From an uncultured Planctomycetaceae bacterium (GTDB lineage Bacteria > Planctomycetota > Planctomycetia > Planctomycetales > Planctomycetaceae), in the NCBI GenBank assembly GCA_963825075.1, contig CAWGRX010000009.1, positions 152,188 through 216,187 on the forward strand: a DNA stretch of 64,000 nt, read 5' to 3'. A model generated the notes under the pieces. The model saw only the letters and a program-made list of their open reading frames with translations, did no database searches and was not told where the DNA came from. The translations under genes and the position numbers were made by a program. Each line of letters opens with the position of its first letter. The stretch's first letter is position 1. Below, piece after piece: positions 9,206 to 18,939 of the stretch.

Positions 9206-11635
9206 ATGCGTTTTACAAAGTGGATTAGCCTGGCTTTGATATTGGGTGCCTTGGGTTCCGCGAAGGCGGCCGAGTCGCCGCTGGCGAAGCTCAACGTCTA
9301 TCCGGCGGATGTGCATCTCAATACCAAGCGGGATCGGCAGTCGCTGATCGTGCAGGCCGTGTATGCCAACGGCCTCACCGAAGATGTCACCGCGAAAGCC
9401 CAATTGACGCTCGCCAACCCGGCCCTCGTCAAACTGGACGGCCAAACGCTCTCTCCCCAAGCCGACGGCAAAACGGAACTCAGCGTGGCCTTCGGCGGAC
9501 AGAACGTGAAAGTCCCCGTTGAAGTCGTCCAGGCTCAGGCCGACCGGCCGATCAGTTTCAGGCTCGACGTGATGCCAATCTTTATGAAGTCGGGCTGCAA
9601 CATGGGCAGTTGCCACGGAGCGGCCCGCGGGAAAGATGGCTTTCGGCTGTCGCTGTTCGGCTTCGATCCCGCGGGCGATCATTACCGCCTGACTCGGGAA
9701 ATCAGCGGCCGGCGGATCAACCTCGCCCTCCCGCACGAAAGCCTCTTGGTCGAAAAGTCCGCGGGGATCGTGCCCCACACCGGCGGCAAACGCTTTGACA
9801 AAGGCAGCGAGCTTTATAACACCCTGATCCGCTGGCTCGAAGCCGGCGCCCCCAACGATCAAACCGCCCCGCCCAAAGTCGTCTCCGTGGAACTCTATCC
9901 CAAAAACGCCGTGATGGACGGGGCCGGGACCACGCAGAAGCTCACCGTGCGGGCGAAGTACTCCGACGGCACCGACCGCGATGTCACCTCGCTCGCCTAC
10001 TTTATGACCAACAACGACAACTCGGCCGAGGTCTCGCAAGACGGCATCGTCACCGCGGGCGAACGCGGCGAAGCCTTTCTGATGGCCCGCTTCGAAACCC
10101 ACACCGTCGGCTCGCACTTCATCGTTTTGCCCAAGGGCCTCAAGTTCGAATGGCCCAACGTTCCCGAAAACAACTATGTCGATACGCTGATCAACAATAA
10201 GCTCAAAAAGTTGCGGATCGTTCCTTCCGAGCTTTGCACCGATGAGGAATTTCTCAGGCGGGCGTATCTGGATGTCATCGGCGTCTTGCCGACGGTGGAA
10301 GAATACAACCGCTTCATGCAAAATTCCTCCCCCAACAAGCGGGAGCAACTGGTCGATGAACTGTTGGGCCGGAAGGAGTTCGTCGAATTGTGGGTGATGA
10401 AGTGGGCCGAGCTCTTGCAGATTCGCACGGTCAACAACCGCGTGAGCTACAAGTCCATGCTCCGCTACTACAACTGGCTGCAGGAGCGGATTCAGGACAA
10501 CGTGCCCATGGACCAAATGGTGCAGGAGCTGCTCGCGGCGAGCGGCGGCACGTTCGCGAACGCCGCCACGAACTATTACCAGGCGGAGCAGGATACGCTG
10601 AAGACCTCCGAAAACGTCGCCCAGGTGTTCATGGGGATGCGGATTCAATGCGCCCAATGCCACAACCATCCCTTCGACCGCTGGACGATGGATGATTACT
10701 ACAGCTTCGCGGCGTTCTTCTCGCAAATCGGCCGCAAGCGCGGCGAAGACCCGCGGGAACTCATCATCTACAACCGCGGCAGCGGGGAAGTCAAGCATCC
10801 CGTGGGAGGCCGCGTGATGCAGCCCAAATTCTTAGGTGGTGCCGTCCCGGATGTCAAAGGCAAAGACCGCCGGGAAGTCATGGCCAAATGGCTCGCCTCG
10901 TCGGAGAATCCCTACTTCGCCACCAATTTGGCGAATATCGTCTGGGCGCACTTCTTCGGCCGGGGAATCATCCATGAAGTGGACGATGTGCGGGTTTCCA
11001 ATCCGGCCGTCAACCCGGAACTGTTGGACGAACTCGGCAAGCGGTTCACCGATTACAACTACGACTTCAAAAAGCTCGTGCGGGACATTTGCCTGTCGCG
11101 GACTTATCAGCTTTCCACGGCCACCAACGAAACGAACGCCTCCGACGACCGCAACTTCTCGCACGCCAACCTTCGCCGGATGCGGGCCGAAATGATGCTC
11201 GATTCCATCACGCAGGTCACCGACACGAAGAACAAATTCCAAGGCCTGCCTTTGGGGGCCCGCGCGGTGCAAATCGCCAACGGCAACACCTCGACCTACT
11301 TCCTGACGACCTTCGGCCGGGCCAGCCGCGAGACGGTGTGCTCCTGCGAAGTCAAAGTCGAACCGAATTTGTCGCAGGCTTTGCACATGCTCAACGGCGA
11401 TACCGCCAACAGCAAAATCCAGCAGGGCAAGCTGATCGAACGCGGGCTTTCCGAAGGCAAAAAGCCCGCAGAAATCCTCGAAGAGCTTTACATCCGCTGC
11501 CTGTCCCGCAAACCAAACGAAAAAGAGCGGGCCTCGCTGACCACGATTCTCACCCAAGAAAAAGATCCCAAACCGGTGTTGGAAGACGTATTTTGGGCCT
11601 TGTTGAACTCCCGCGAGTTCTTGTTCAATCATTAA
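9206..11635 (+). CDS. DUF1549/DUF1553 (PSD1) protein with Ig-like domains
   Basis: Signal peptide. DUF1549-like segment MPIFMKSGCNMGSCHGAARGKDGFRLSLFGFDP. DUF1553-like segment IQCAQCHNHPFDRWTMDDYYSFAAFF. This is the usual partner class for DUF1501 genes. Confidence 0.85.
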   Translation: MRFTKWISLALILGALGSAKAAESPLAKLNVYPADVHLNTKRDRQSLIVQAVYANGLTEDVTAKAQLTLANPALVKLDGQTLSPQADGKTELSVAFGGQNVKVPVEVVQAQADRPISFRLDVMPIFMKSGCNMGSCHGAARGKDGFRLSLFGFDPAGDHYRLTREISGRRINLALPHESLLVEKSAGIVPHTGGKRFDKGSELYNTLIRWLEAGAPNDQTAPPKVVSVELYPKNAVMDGAGTTQKLTVRAKYSDGTDRDVTSLAYFMTNNDNSAEVSQDGIVTAGERGEAFLMARFETHTVGSHFIVLPKGLKFEWPNVPENNYVDTLINNKLKKLRIVPSELCTDEEFLRRAYLDVIGVLPTVEEYNRFMQNSSPNKREQLVDELLGRKEFVELWVMKWAELLQIRTVNNRVSYKSMLRYYNWLQERIQDNVPMDQMVQELLAASGGTFANAATNYYQAEQDTLKTSENVAQVFMGMRIQCAQCHNHPFDRWTMDDYYSFAAFFSQIGRKRGEDPRELIIYNRGSGEVKHPVGGRVMQPKFLGGAVPDVKGKDRREVMAKWLASSENPYFATNLANIVWAHFFGRGIIHEVDDVRVSNPAVNPELLDELGKRFTDYNYDFKKLVRDICLSRTYQLSTATNETNASDDRNFSHANLRRMRAEMMLDSITQVTDTKNKFQGLPLGARAVQIANGNTSTYFLTTFGRASRETVCSCEVKVEPNLSQALHMLNGDTANSKIQQGKLIERGLSEGKKPAEILEELYIRCLSRKPNEKERASLTTILTQEKDPKPVLEDVFWALLNSREFLFNH

Positions 11636-11825
11636 GGCGAACAGACCAACTTGCGGTCGGTGCCCGCGTAAGCCCGCTGGTTACTCGCAAAGAAAATAAG
11701 GCTCTCGATTTTCAGAAGACGATTTGGAATTGGACGTAATTCATCAATCTACGTAACCGGGGGGCTGACACCCCACCGCTCGCCTCACTCTCTCTTAATC
11801 GGCACCCCGATTTGGAGCACTTCTC

Positions 11826-14525
11826 ATGACTGCCAGCCGTTTTGCCCTTGTTGCCGTTCTTTTGGCTCCCCTGTCCGCTTTGGCGGCGGAGGCGCCGGGG
11901 AAGATTACCTATCAGGATCACGTGCAGCCGATCTTTCGCCAGCACTGCGCGACCTGCCACAACACGAACAAAAAAGTCGCGGGCCTCGATCTCTTGAATT
12001 ACACGTCGATGATGGAAGGCGGCGGGTCGGGTCCCGTCATCGAACCGGGCGATGCGGAGAACAGCTATCTGTTCATGCTCGTCAATCACGATTCCGAACC
12101 CTACATGCCGCCCAAGCAGGACAAGCTCCCGGCGGACAAGTTGGCTTTGATCCGCCAATGGATCGACGGCGGAGCGCTCGAAAACTCCGGCAGCAAACCG
12201 ATCAGCAAAAAGCCCAAGTTGGATCTGTCGCTCGCCGCGAGTCCCACGGGCCGCCCGGAAGGTCCGCCGCCCATGCCGGAACTTCTGAGCCTCGAACCGG
12301 TCGTGCACACCGATCACACCACGGCCGTCACTGCGCTGGCGAGCAATCCCTGGTCCCCGCTGGTGGCCGTCGGCGGGCAGAAGCAAGTCATTCTGTATAA
12401 CACGAAGTCCTTGGATCTCGCGGGCATTCTGCCGTTCCCGGAAGGCGTGCCGCAGTCGCTCAAGTTCAGCCACAATGGCAGCCTGCTCCTCGCCGGCGGC
12501 GGACACGATGCCGCCCAGGGCAAAGTCGTGGTGTGGAACGTTCGCAGCGGCGAACGCGTGATCGAAGTCGGCGATGAACTCGACACCGTGCTTGCCGCCG
12601 ACATCAGCTCCGATCAAACCCTGGTCGCTTTGGGCGGGCCGGGCAAAGTCGTGCGCGTGTATTCCACCAAGACCGGCGAACTGAAATACGAACTGAAGAA
12701 GCACACCGATTGGATCTATTCGATCGCCTTCAGTCCCGACGGCGTCTTGCTCGCCACCGGCGACCGCAACGGGGGCCTCTTGGTCTGGGAAGCTCAGACC
12801 GGCCGGGAATACTTGAGCCTCAATGGCCACAAAGGATCGATCTGCGACATCGCCTGGCGGAGCGACTCCAACCTCGTTGCCTCGGCCAGCGAAGACGGCA
12901 GCGTGAAGCTCTGGGAAGTCATGAACGGCAACAACGTCAAGTCCTGGAACGCCCACGGTGGAGGTACGGCGTCCGTCGAGTTCGCCCGTGACGGCCGGAT
13001 CGTCACCTGCGGTCGGGACAAGACGGCCAAGCTTTGGGACCAGAACGGCAAACAACTCCGCGCGTTTCCGGCCTTTGGCGATATTGCTCTCCAAGTCACG
13101 ATCTGTGATGAGACCAATCAGGTCATCGCCGGCGATTGGACGGGTGCGATCAAAGTCTTCGCCGCGGCGGACGGCAAAGCGGTGGGCGAACTCACCGCGA
13201 ATCCCATGAAGCTGGAAGATCAACTCGCCGGGGCCAAAGCCGCTCTCGCCGCGAAACAGGCCGAGCACAAAAAACTCGCCGACGCCCTGGCCTCAGCCAC
13301 GGCAGCGATGACAAAAATTCAAACCGACCTCGCAACGGCTCAAAAACAAGCGACGGATCTGGAATCTCAAACGAAAACGCTCCCCGGCGAAATCGCCAAA
13401 GCCAAAGCCGCGGTGGACGCGTTAACCAAGGAAGTCCAAGCCGCCACCAACACGGCGAACACCCTCGGAACCGTCGTGCCGCCGCTCGCGGAAGCTCTCA
13501 CCAAAGCCGGGCAAGCTCTGGAGAAAGCCAAGGATGACAAAGCCCTCGCGGAAGCCGTCGCCAAGCTCAAAGCCCAGGTCGATGAGAAAGGGGCCGCCCT
13601 CGCCGCGGCGAAGAAGCTCCAGACCGACAAGACGGCCGCGATGCAGCAAAAACAAAAAGAGCAAGCGGCGATGGAAAAACAGCTCGCCGACGCCAAGGCC
13701 GGACTGGAAGCCGCGAAAAAACAAGTCGCCGCTCTGACGCCGACTTTGAAACCCGCCCAGGACAAAGCAGCCCAGGCGAAACAGGCCGCCGATGCGATGG
13801 CCGTTCAACTCGCGGCGGCTCAAAAAGACGTGGCCCGGCTCGAAACTGAAATCCAAATCAGCGCCAAGCAAAAAGCCCTCGCCGCCCTCAAAGCCAAAGC
13901 CGACGAACTCGCGGCCGCGGCAAACCAGGCGGCGGCGGAATTGAAGAAAGCCGAGGGAGAACTCGCCTCGGCCAACCAAACCGTGGCGGCTGTTCAAAAA
14001 CAAGTCGAAACCGCGAACACCAATGTGACGGCGGCCAAAAAGCAACTCGCCGACGCGACGGCCGCTCAAACCGAAGCCGCGAAAACGGTGACGAGCCTAA
14101 CGGCTCTCGTGCCGGCTCTCGAAACCACGCTCAAATCCGCTGAACAAGCCGCCGCGAAATCGCCTGGCGATAAAGAAGTCGCCGCCGCGGTGACCGCTTG
14201 GAAAAACCTGATCGCCGCGAAGACCCAAGGCCTGGAAGCCGCCAAGAAGACCGCCGCCGAAAAAACCAAAGCCCTGGAAACTGCCAAAGCCGCCCAGGCA
14301 GCCGCGGAACAAGTCGCCGCGAAGTCGGCCGCCGATTACGCCGCTGCCCAAAAACGAGCGGCCGACCTGACCGCGGCGGTCAAACCGCTCCAGGAAAAAG
14401 CGAACGCGGCAACTCAACAAGCCGCCGCTGCCGGCAAAGCCGTGGAAGCGGGCCAAAAGGAAGTGGAGGAGCTCAAGAAGTCCATCCAATCGGCCTCCGC
14501 GGTGGTGCAAGCCAAAGCGGGCTAA
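11826..14525 (+). CDS. PSCyt1 (c-type haem CxxCH) - WD40 propeller - long Ala/Lys/Gln coiled-coil protein
   Basis: Signal peptide. CATCHNTNKKVAGLDL cytochrome-like motif. At least 7 WD-like repeats (residues about 160-450). About 440-aa low-complexity coiled-coil tail. Confidence 0.8.
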   Translation: MTASRFALVAVLLAPLSALAAEAPGKITYQDHVQPIFRQHCATCHNTNKKVAGLDLLNYTSMMEGGGSGPVIEPGDAENSYLFMLVNHDSEPYMPPKQDKLPADKLALIRQWIDGGALENSGSKPISKKPKLDLSLAASPTGRPEGPPPMPELLSLEPVVHTDHTTAVTALASNPWSPLVAVGGQKQVILYNTKSLDLAGILPFPEGVPQSLKFSHNGSLLLAGGGHDAAQGKVVVWNVRSGERVIEVGDELDTVLAADISSDQTLVALGGPGKVVRVYSTKTGELKYELKKHTDWIYSIAFSPDGVLLATGDRNGGLLVWEAQTGREYLSLNGHKGSICDIAWRSDSNLVASASEDGSVKLWEVMNGNNVKSWNAHGGGTASVEFARDGRIVTCGRDKTAKLWDQNGKQLRAFPAFGDIALQVTICDETNQVIAGDWTGAIKVFAAADGKAVGELTANPMKLEDQLAGAKAALAAKQAEHKKLADALASATAAMTKIQTDLATAQKQATDLESQTKTLPGEIAKAKAAVDALTKEVQAATNTANTLGTVVPPLAEALTKAGQALEKAKDDKALAEAVAKLKAQVDEKGAALAAAKKLQTDKTAAMQQKQKEQAAMEKQLADAKAGLEAAKKQVAALTPTLKPAQDKAAQAKQAADAMAVQLAAAQKDVARLETEIQISAKQKALAALKAKADELAAAANQAAAELKKAEGELASANQTVAAVQKQVETANTNVTAAKKQLADATAAQTEAAKTVTSLTALVPALETTLKSAEQAAAKSPGDKEVAAAVTAWKNLIAAKTQGLEAAKKTAAEKTKALETAKAAQAAAEQVAAKSAADYAAAQKRAADLTAAVKPLQEKANAATQQAAAAGKAVEAGQKEVEELKKSIQSASAVVQAKAG

Positions 14526-14612
14526 AGTTCTTTCCGTCTGTCAAAACAAAAGACGTCCCTCGCGAGATCGGGCGTCTTTTTCTTTGTGTTGCCAGAAAAC
14601 AAATTCAGTAGT

Positions 14613-14728
14613 TCCAAATTACCTGTGAGCGTCGTGCAACCATCCCGGCGACATAAGCAGCCGCGACGCTTGCACAAAAAAATAGGGCCGGACCTTCGGT
14701 CCTTTTCCGAAATCTGCAACTACTGAAT
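14613..14728. repeat. 11-bp perfect inverted repeat pair (attcagtagtt / aactactgaat) enclosing about 95 bp including a terminator hairpin
   Basis: The arms at 14613..14623 and 14718..14728 are exact reverse complements. Confidence 0.35.
14676..14706. terminator. candidate bidirectional rho-independent terminator between convergent genes
   Basis: A7 run, GGACC-TTC-GGTCC hairpin, then TTTT. Lies between the 11826..14525 (+) gene and the ACP gene (-). Confidence 0.4.
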
Positions 14729-14813
14729 ATGCAAATCGCCGGCGAGGAGGATGAATAGAAGGCATCCTCCCGCGGGGGTCGGCAAGCAGAAGGTCAGGCC
14801 CCTGGACCTATTG

Positions 14814-15077
14814 TCAGACGTGGCTTTCGACGTCTTTGAGTTTGGGCGTGAGGTAATCGACGGTGCTGCTCATGCTGGCGAGGTGCACGTAGTCTTCTTC
14901 GGGGATCTGGACACGGTATTGTTTGCGCAGCTCCATCACGATGTCCAGAAAATCCATGCTGTCCAGTTCCATTTGCTCGCGGAACGGCTCTTGGTCTTCC
15001 AGGTTGGTCAGGTCTTCATCGGGGGCGATGCGCTCTAAAATATCGAGAATAACCTGCCTAATTTGTCCCGAATTCAT
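14814..15077 (-). CDS. acyl carrier protein
   Basis: 87 aa. Phosphopantetheine-attachment context ELDSMDFLDIVMEL. Confidence 0.85.
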   Translation of the reverse strand: MNSGQIRQVILDILERIAPDEDLTNLEDQEPFREQMELDSMDFLDIVMELRKQYRVQIPEEDYVHLASMSSTVDYLTPKLKDVESHV

Positions 15078-15216
15078 TCAGTGGCTCCAGCGGGTGGTTG
15101 CGTTGTGTGTCGGATGGAGTTGGTTTTAGGAGCCTGAAGCGCAAGGGAGGGAATTTCTGTTTGTTTCCCCTCGCTTGCGCTTCGGGCTGGTGTTTTTAGA
15201 TTTGGGATTGGGAAAA

Positions 15217-16500
15217 TCAATCCCCTTCGTATTTCTTGAGGATCACCACCGAGTTGATCCCCAGCATTCCGAAGGAATTGTTCAGAATGTAGCGGACCGG
15301 CCCCACTTCGCGGGGTTCGTTGGCGACGATGTTTCGGAGCGGGCACTTGGGATCCAAGTGATTCAGATTGATTGTAGCGTGTGCGATCCCATCGTCAAAC
15401 GAAGGCAGATTTCCCAAAAGCTCCAAAGCGCCCGCCGCCCCCATCGCGTGGCCGATGAAGCTCTTCGTGTTGTTCACCACGGCTTTCGTGTCTTCGCCGA
15501 AAACCTCAAACAGAGCCTGGGCTTCTTCCAGATCGCCTTGTTCGGTGGCGGTGGCGTGGCTGCTGACAATGTCAATATCACCCGGTTTAAGCCGGGCCCG
15601 CTCCAGAGCCAACCGGATGCACTCCGCCTGCCGGCCGTGATGCGGCAGGACGAAATCGTGGGCGTCGGAATTCATCGCGTAGCCCACGATTTCCCCATAG
15701 ATTTTCGCGCCGCGGGCCTGGGCGTCGGACAGGCGTTCCAGGGTGCATAAGGCACCGCCCTCGGCCACGACGATCCCGTTGCGGTCCCGGTCGAAAGGCC
15801 GGCAGGCTTGGGCGGGGTCGGCGTGCCGAGCCAAGGCCCCTTGGCTTTGAAAGCTCGCAAAAATCCCGAAGGTGTGGATGCTTTCCGAAACGCCCCCGGC
15901 GATCGCCAGATCGACCTCGCCCAGCCGGAGCATTTGCAGGCCTTGAATGAACCCCGCATTCCCCGCGGCACACGCGGCCCCGATCGTCAGATGCGGCCCG
16001 GTGATTTTGAGGCTCAAGGTGATTTCGCCCGCCGGGTTGTTGGCGACGGTGCGGGGATTGTGGTGATGCGACCAGACTTTGGTGTCGTAGTCGAATTTGG
16101 AGATTTCGTAGATTTCGTTTTCGGTCTCGACGTTGCCGTGCTCGGTGATGCCCACATAGACGCCCACGCGGTTTCGCGGGACGGTTTCCCAATCCAGCCC
16201 GGCGTCGCGGATAGCTTCGTTCGCGCAATAGACACCGATGGAACCGGCCCGCGTGCCCCGGCGGACTTCCTTACGTTTTTGATAGCGGAGTTCATCGAAG
16301 TTGCAGACCCCGGCGAGCACCGGCCCCATGTAGCGGGTTTCGTACGCGACCACGCCGGATTGTCCCGAGAGCAACGCCGCCCGGAACTCCGCGAGGTTAT
16401 TCCCATTGGGAGCCGTCAGACCGATGCCCGTGAGGACAATCCGGTCTCGATCAGATGGAGAAGTCTGCATCCGTTCTACCGCACGCTCGCCGGACCGCAA
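15217..16500 (-). CDS. fabF: beta-ketoacyl-[ACP] synthase (KAS II-like)
   Basis: Thiolase-fold KS with IVLTGIGLTAPNG near the N-terminus and active-site region GPHLTIGAACAAG. Length about 415 aa from the internal Met. Confidence 0.85.
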   Translation of the reverse strand: MRSGERAVERMQTSPSDRDRIVLTGIGLTAPNGNNLAEFRAALLSGQSGVVAYETRYMGPVLAGVCNFDELRYQKRKEVRRGTRAGSIGVYCANEAIRDAGLDWETVPRNRVGVYVGITEHGNVETENEIYEISKFDYDTKVWSHHHNPRTVANNPAGEITLSLKITGPHLTIGAACAAGNAGFIQGLQMLRLGEVDLAIAGGVSESIHTFGIFASFQSQGALARHADPAQACRPFDRDRNGIVVAEGGALCTLERLSDAQARGAKIYGEIVGYAMNSDAHDFVLPHHGRQAECIRLALERARLKPGDIDIVSSHATATEQGDLEEAQALFEVFGEDTKAVVNNTKSFIGHAMGAAGALELLGNLPSFDDGIAHATINLNHLDPKCPLRNIVANEPREVGPVRYILNNSFGMLGINSVVILKKYEGD

Positions 16501-17024
16501 AAGCCGTCCGGCGCAAAAAACTAGGAACTGCTTACGAGGATTGGACTTAGGGGGTTCTTACTGGCGAGACGCCGTGGGCAATTGGGCAGCGCAAACCCAC
16601 GTATTTTTAGGAGATTAACCTGTTCCCTGCCCGCTCGCAAGCGGCGGGAAATTTCAATTGGCCGGTTTTTCTTTGAGAACCGGCGGGACTCTCTTCCAAC
16701 TTCGGCCAGGCTGTTTTCCTCAAAACCCGAAAAATCCGGTCTTGCAAGAAAGCGGGGCTTCCGCATAATCCTCCCGTCCAATCTGGGAATTCTCGGTTCT
16801 TATTATCTCGAACCGATCCCCCTTCTTCATTTCCCCGGTGTATCTTCAGATTTTCGAGACCGTCCCATAAGTCCAATTCTTTCAGAATTGAGCGGCAACA
16901 CCCCCGCCTCTGGTTCCGCACACAAAACCGGCGGCTAGCGGCGTTCTGCTCACAAAAATCCAACTTTTGAGACAGTCTCTTGGAGAACCGGGGCTTGGAA
17001 CCCTTTATTACGGGATGTGTCCGC

Positions 17025-17894
17025 ATGTGGTGCACGAAGTGTCAAGCGGATGTGGCGGCGGAAATGGCTCCGGACAACCGTCGGCTGTTGTGCGCGAGTT
17101 GCGGTTCGCAGGTTCGCACCGTCCCGCATTTGGCCACGGTGGAAAAAACCCGCCAGGCGCGGGAACTTTTGGATCGCTGGTCCAAAAACCGCTGGTCCGA
17201 ACCGGCCGAGGAACCTGCCGTGCCGACGCCCGTGAATTATGTGCCCTCCTTGCGGCAGGGGAGCGAACCGGAACAAAGTTCGGCCGGGATTCAACCCAAC
17301 TCGACCTTCCGCGTCGATGATCCGCACCCGGACCGGGGAACGGCGACGGAAACGCCGGAAGTCGCCGGGTCCACGCCTTCGCCGACTCCGCGGGAATCTT
17401 CCGTTTTGCTCCAGCCGCGAACGCATCATCCGCATGCCATCTCGGCTCCGCCGCCGCACTTTCCCGCCGAGCCGCCGGCCGAGGATTTTTCCGACTCCGC
17501 CCCGGCCGGCAGTTCCTCGTCCCGGCTGCAAGCCTTTTGGGGACAAATGCTGGCTTATGCCGGGGTTTTGGCGCTGACCATTGGGGCGGTGTTTGTGATT
17601 TTGGGATATTTCGGCGGCCCGGAGTGGCAATCCTACACACCCACCGGCTGGCTGCTCACCACCACGGGGCAAATGCTCTTGTTTTTGGGCGTGGTGACTC
17701 TGGTCTCCGGCGGAATGGAGCAAACGACCGAAGAAGTCGCCCGGCGGATCGACCGGCTCGGCCAGCGCATCATCCGCATCGAATGGGCCGCGGGAAACCA
17801 CGCCCTCAAAGGTCCCAACCTGCCCGCCGAGCAATTTCAAGGCGGCGCGAACGGTCAAACCGCGGGGCAGATTGAAAGGCAAAAAATTTCGTAA
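17025..17894 (+). CDS. hypothetical membrane protein with N-terminal zinc-ribbon (CxxC...CxxC), Pro-rich linker and 2 TM helices
   Basis: CTKCQADV...CASCGS motif, then a Pro/Ser-rich region, then TM segments LAYAGVLALTIGAVFVILGYF and LLFLGVVTLVSG. Confidence 0.5.
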   Translation: MWCTKCQADVAAEMAPDNRRLLCASCGSQVRTVPHLATVEKTRQARELLDRWSKNRWSEPAEEPAVPTPVNYVPSLRQGSEPEQSSAGIQPNSTFRVDDPHPDRGTATETPEVAGSTPSPTPRESSVLLQPRTHHPHAISAPPPHFPAEPPAEDFSDSAPAGSSSSRLQAFWGQMLAYAGVLALTIGAVFVILGYFGGPEWQSYTPTGWLLTTTGQMLLFLGVVTLVSGGMEQTTEEVARRIDRLGQRIIRIEWAAGNHALKGPNLPAEQFQGGANGQTAGQIERQKIS

Positions 17895-18108
17895 AGGAAA
17901 ACGTGGCAACCAAACAGACAAAAAGAGGCTCTTTCGGCGAATCGGGGGGAGGACGCTGATGATCGTTTTGTGTGATGATCGACCACGAATTTGACCTCCC
18001 CCACCCGGCCGCTACCGCGTCCGACCTCCCCAAGGGGAGGTGAAAGAGCGCGGACAAGAGATTCTTTAACTCCGTCATAGTTCCCCCTGATTATCCGGAA
18101 GAACCCAA

Positions 18109-18168
18109 AAAGAGCCGCGCACGAAGTATGCGGAATCGACCAACCGCTTACTTCGTGCGCGGCTCTTT
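18109..18168. terminator. 20-bp perfect inverted repeat hairpin (AAAGAGCCGCGCACGAAGTA - 20 nt - TACTTCGTGCGCGGCTCTTT) between convergent genes
   Basis: Exact reverse-complement arms at 18109..18128 and 18149..18168. Confidence 0.55.
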
Positions 18169-18188
18169 CGCGAAGCGATACCTTTTCT

Positions 18189-18686
18189 CTAAGGGGCGAT
18201 AAAGGCGAGATAGTAAAACAGCAGCCCGGTGACCGAGGTTAGGGTAAGATCGATCGCCGAGATCCAGCCCAGAGTTTTGTGCGACCGGCTGTGAACGCCG
18301 GGTGCGGGGGGTTTGGGGAACCGCTTCAGGGCCAGCCCGATGGTGACCGCCCACAGCATCGGCGTCGTCACCGCGAAGCACAGATGCACGTAAAGCGTCG
18401 TGCGGATGCGGGTCATTTCCTCGACCGATCGCCGGGGGGCGTCGGGGTTTTTGTTGACGACGTTTTCCCAGCCGCGGTGGATCAGTTGAATGTCCACCTC
18501 AAACGCCGCGACCGCAAACAGCAAGACGCCGGCGAGGGCCAATTGCAGAAACTTGTGCCGGGAATAATTCCGCTTCCCTTTGACCTGATAAATGCTAAAG
18601 ATCAGCGTCGGCACAACCAGAACCAACGCGCAGACGACAACGTCCAGCATGAACGTCGTCTGATAGCCCAAGAATCCCTCGGCCAT
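18189..18686 (-). CDS. DUF420-like polytopic membrane protein
   Basis: Four predicted TM helices. Overall resemblance to DUF420, the family often found near haem-copper oxidase genes. The assignment is tentative. Confidence 0.45.
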   Translation of the reverse strand: MAEGFLGYQTTFMLDVVVCALVLVVPTLIFSIYQVKGKRNYSRHKFLQLALAGVLLFAVAAFEVDIQLIHRGWENVVNKNPDAPRRSVEEMTRIRTTLYVHLCFAVTTPMLWAVTIGLALKRFPKPPAPGVHSRSHKTLGWISAIDLTLTSVTGLLFYYLAFIAP

Positions 18687-18939
18687 AGTCTCTCCTCCTC
18701 CGAAATTCTCCCGGAGAGACATTAGCAAAAGTTCCCTTCTTGTAAAGCGGCAGCGATCATAGTGTGAAGGCAAAACCGGATTTCAGCCAGGGCCTGGCGC
18801 AGAAAGTCTCTGCATCAGGAATTCCGCCGGTCTGATTGCTCCGGTCCGCTGGGTTTTGTAACCTGCACCTTCGCGTATAAAATTGATGTGAATTTCCTCT
18901 CGTTGGAGAGCCACCGCTAACGGAGTACGAAAGCCCGAC

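Noticed and set aside
7362-13268. Series of long minus-strand ORFs (7362..9107, 9137..10798, 10832..11632, 11712..13268)
   Set aside because: All lie antisense to well-supported plus-strand genes (PPC protein, PSD1, PSCyt-WD40). They show no motifs and have skewed R/G/H/P content.
16950-17921. 323-aa minus-strand ORF overlapping the zinc-ribbon membrane protein
   Set aside because: The plus-strand ORF has a CxxC...CxxC ribbon and clean TM helices. The minus ORF is R/G/P-rich without features.
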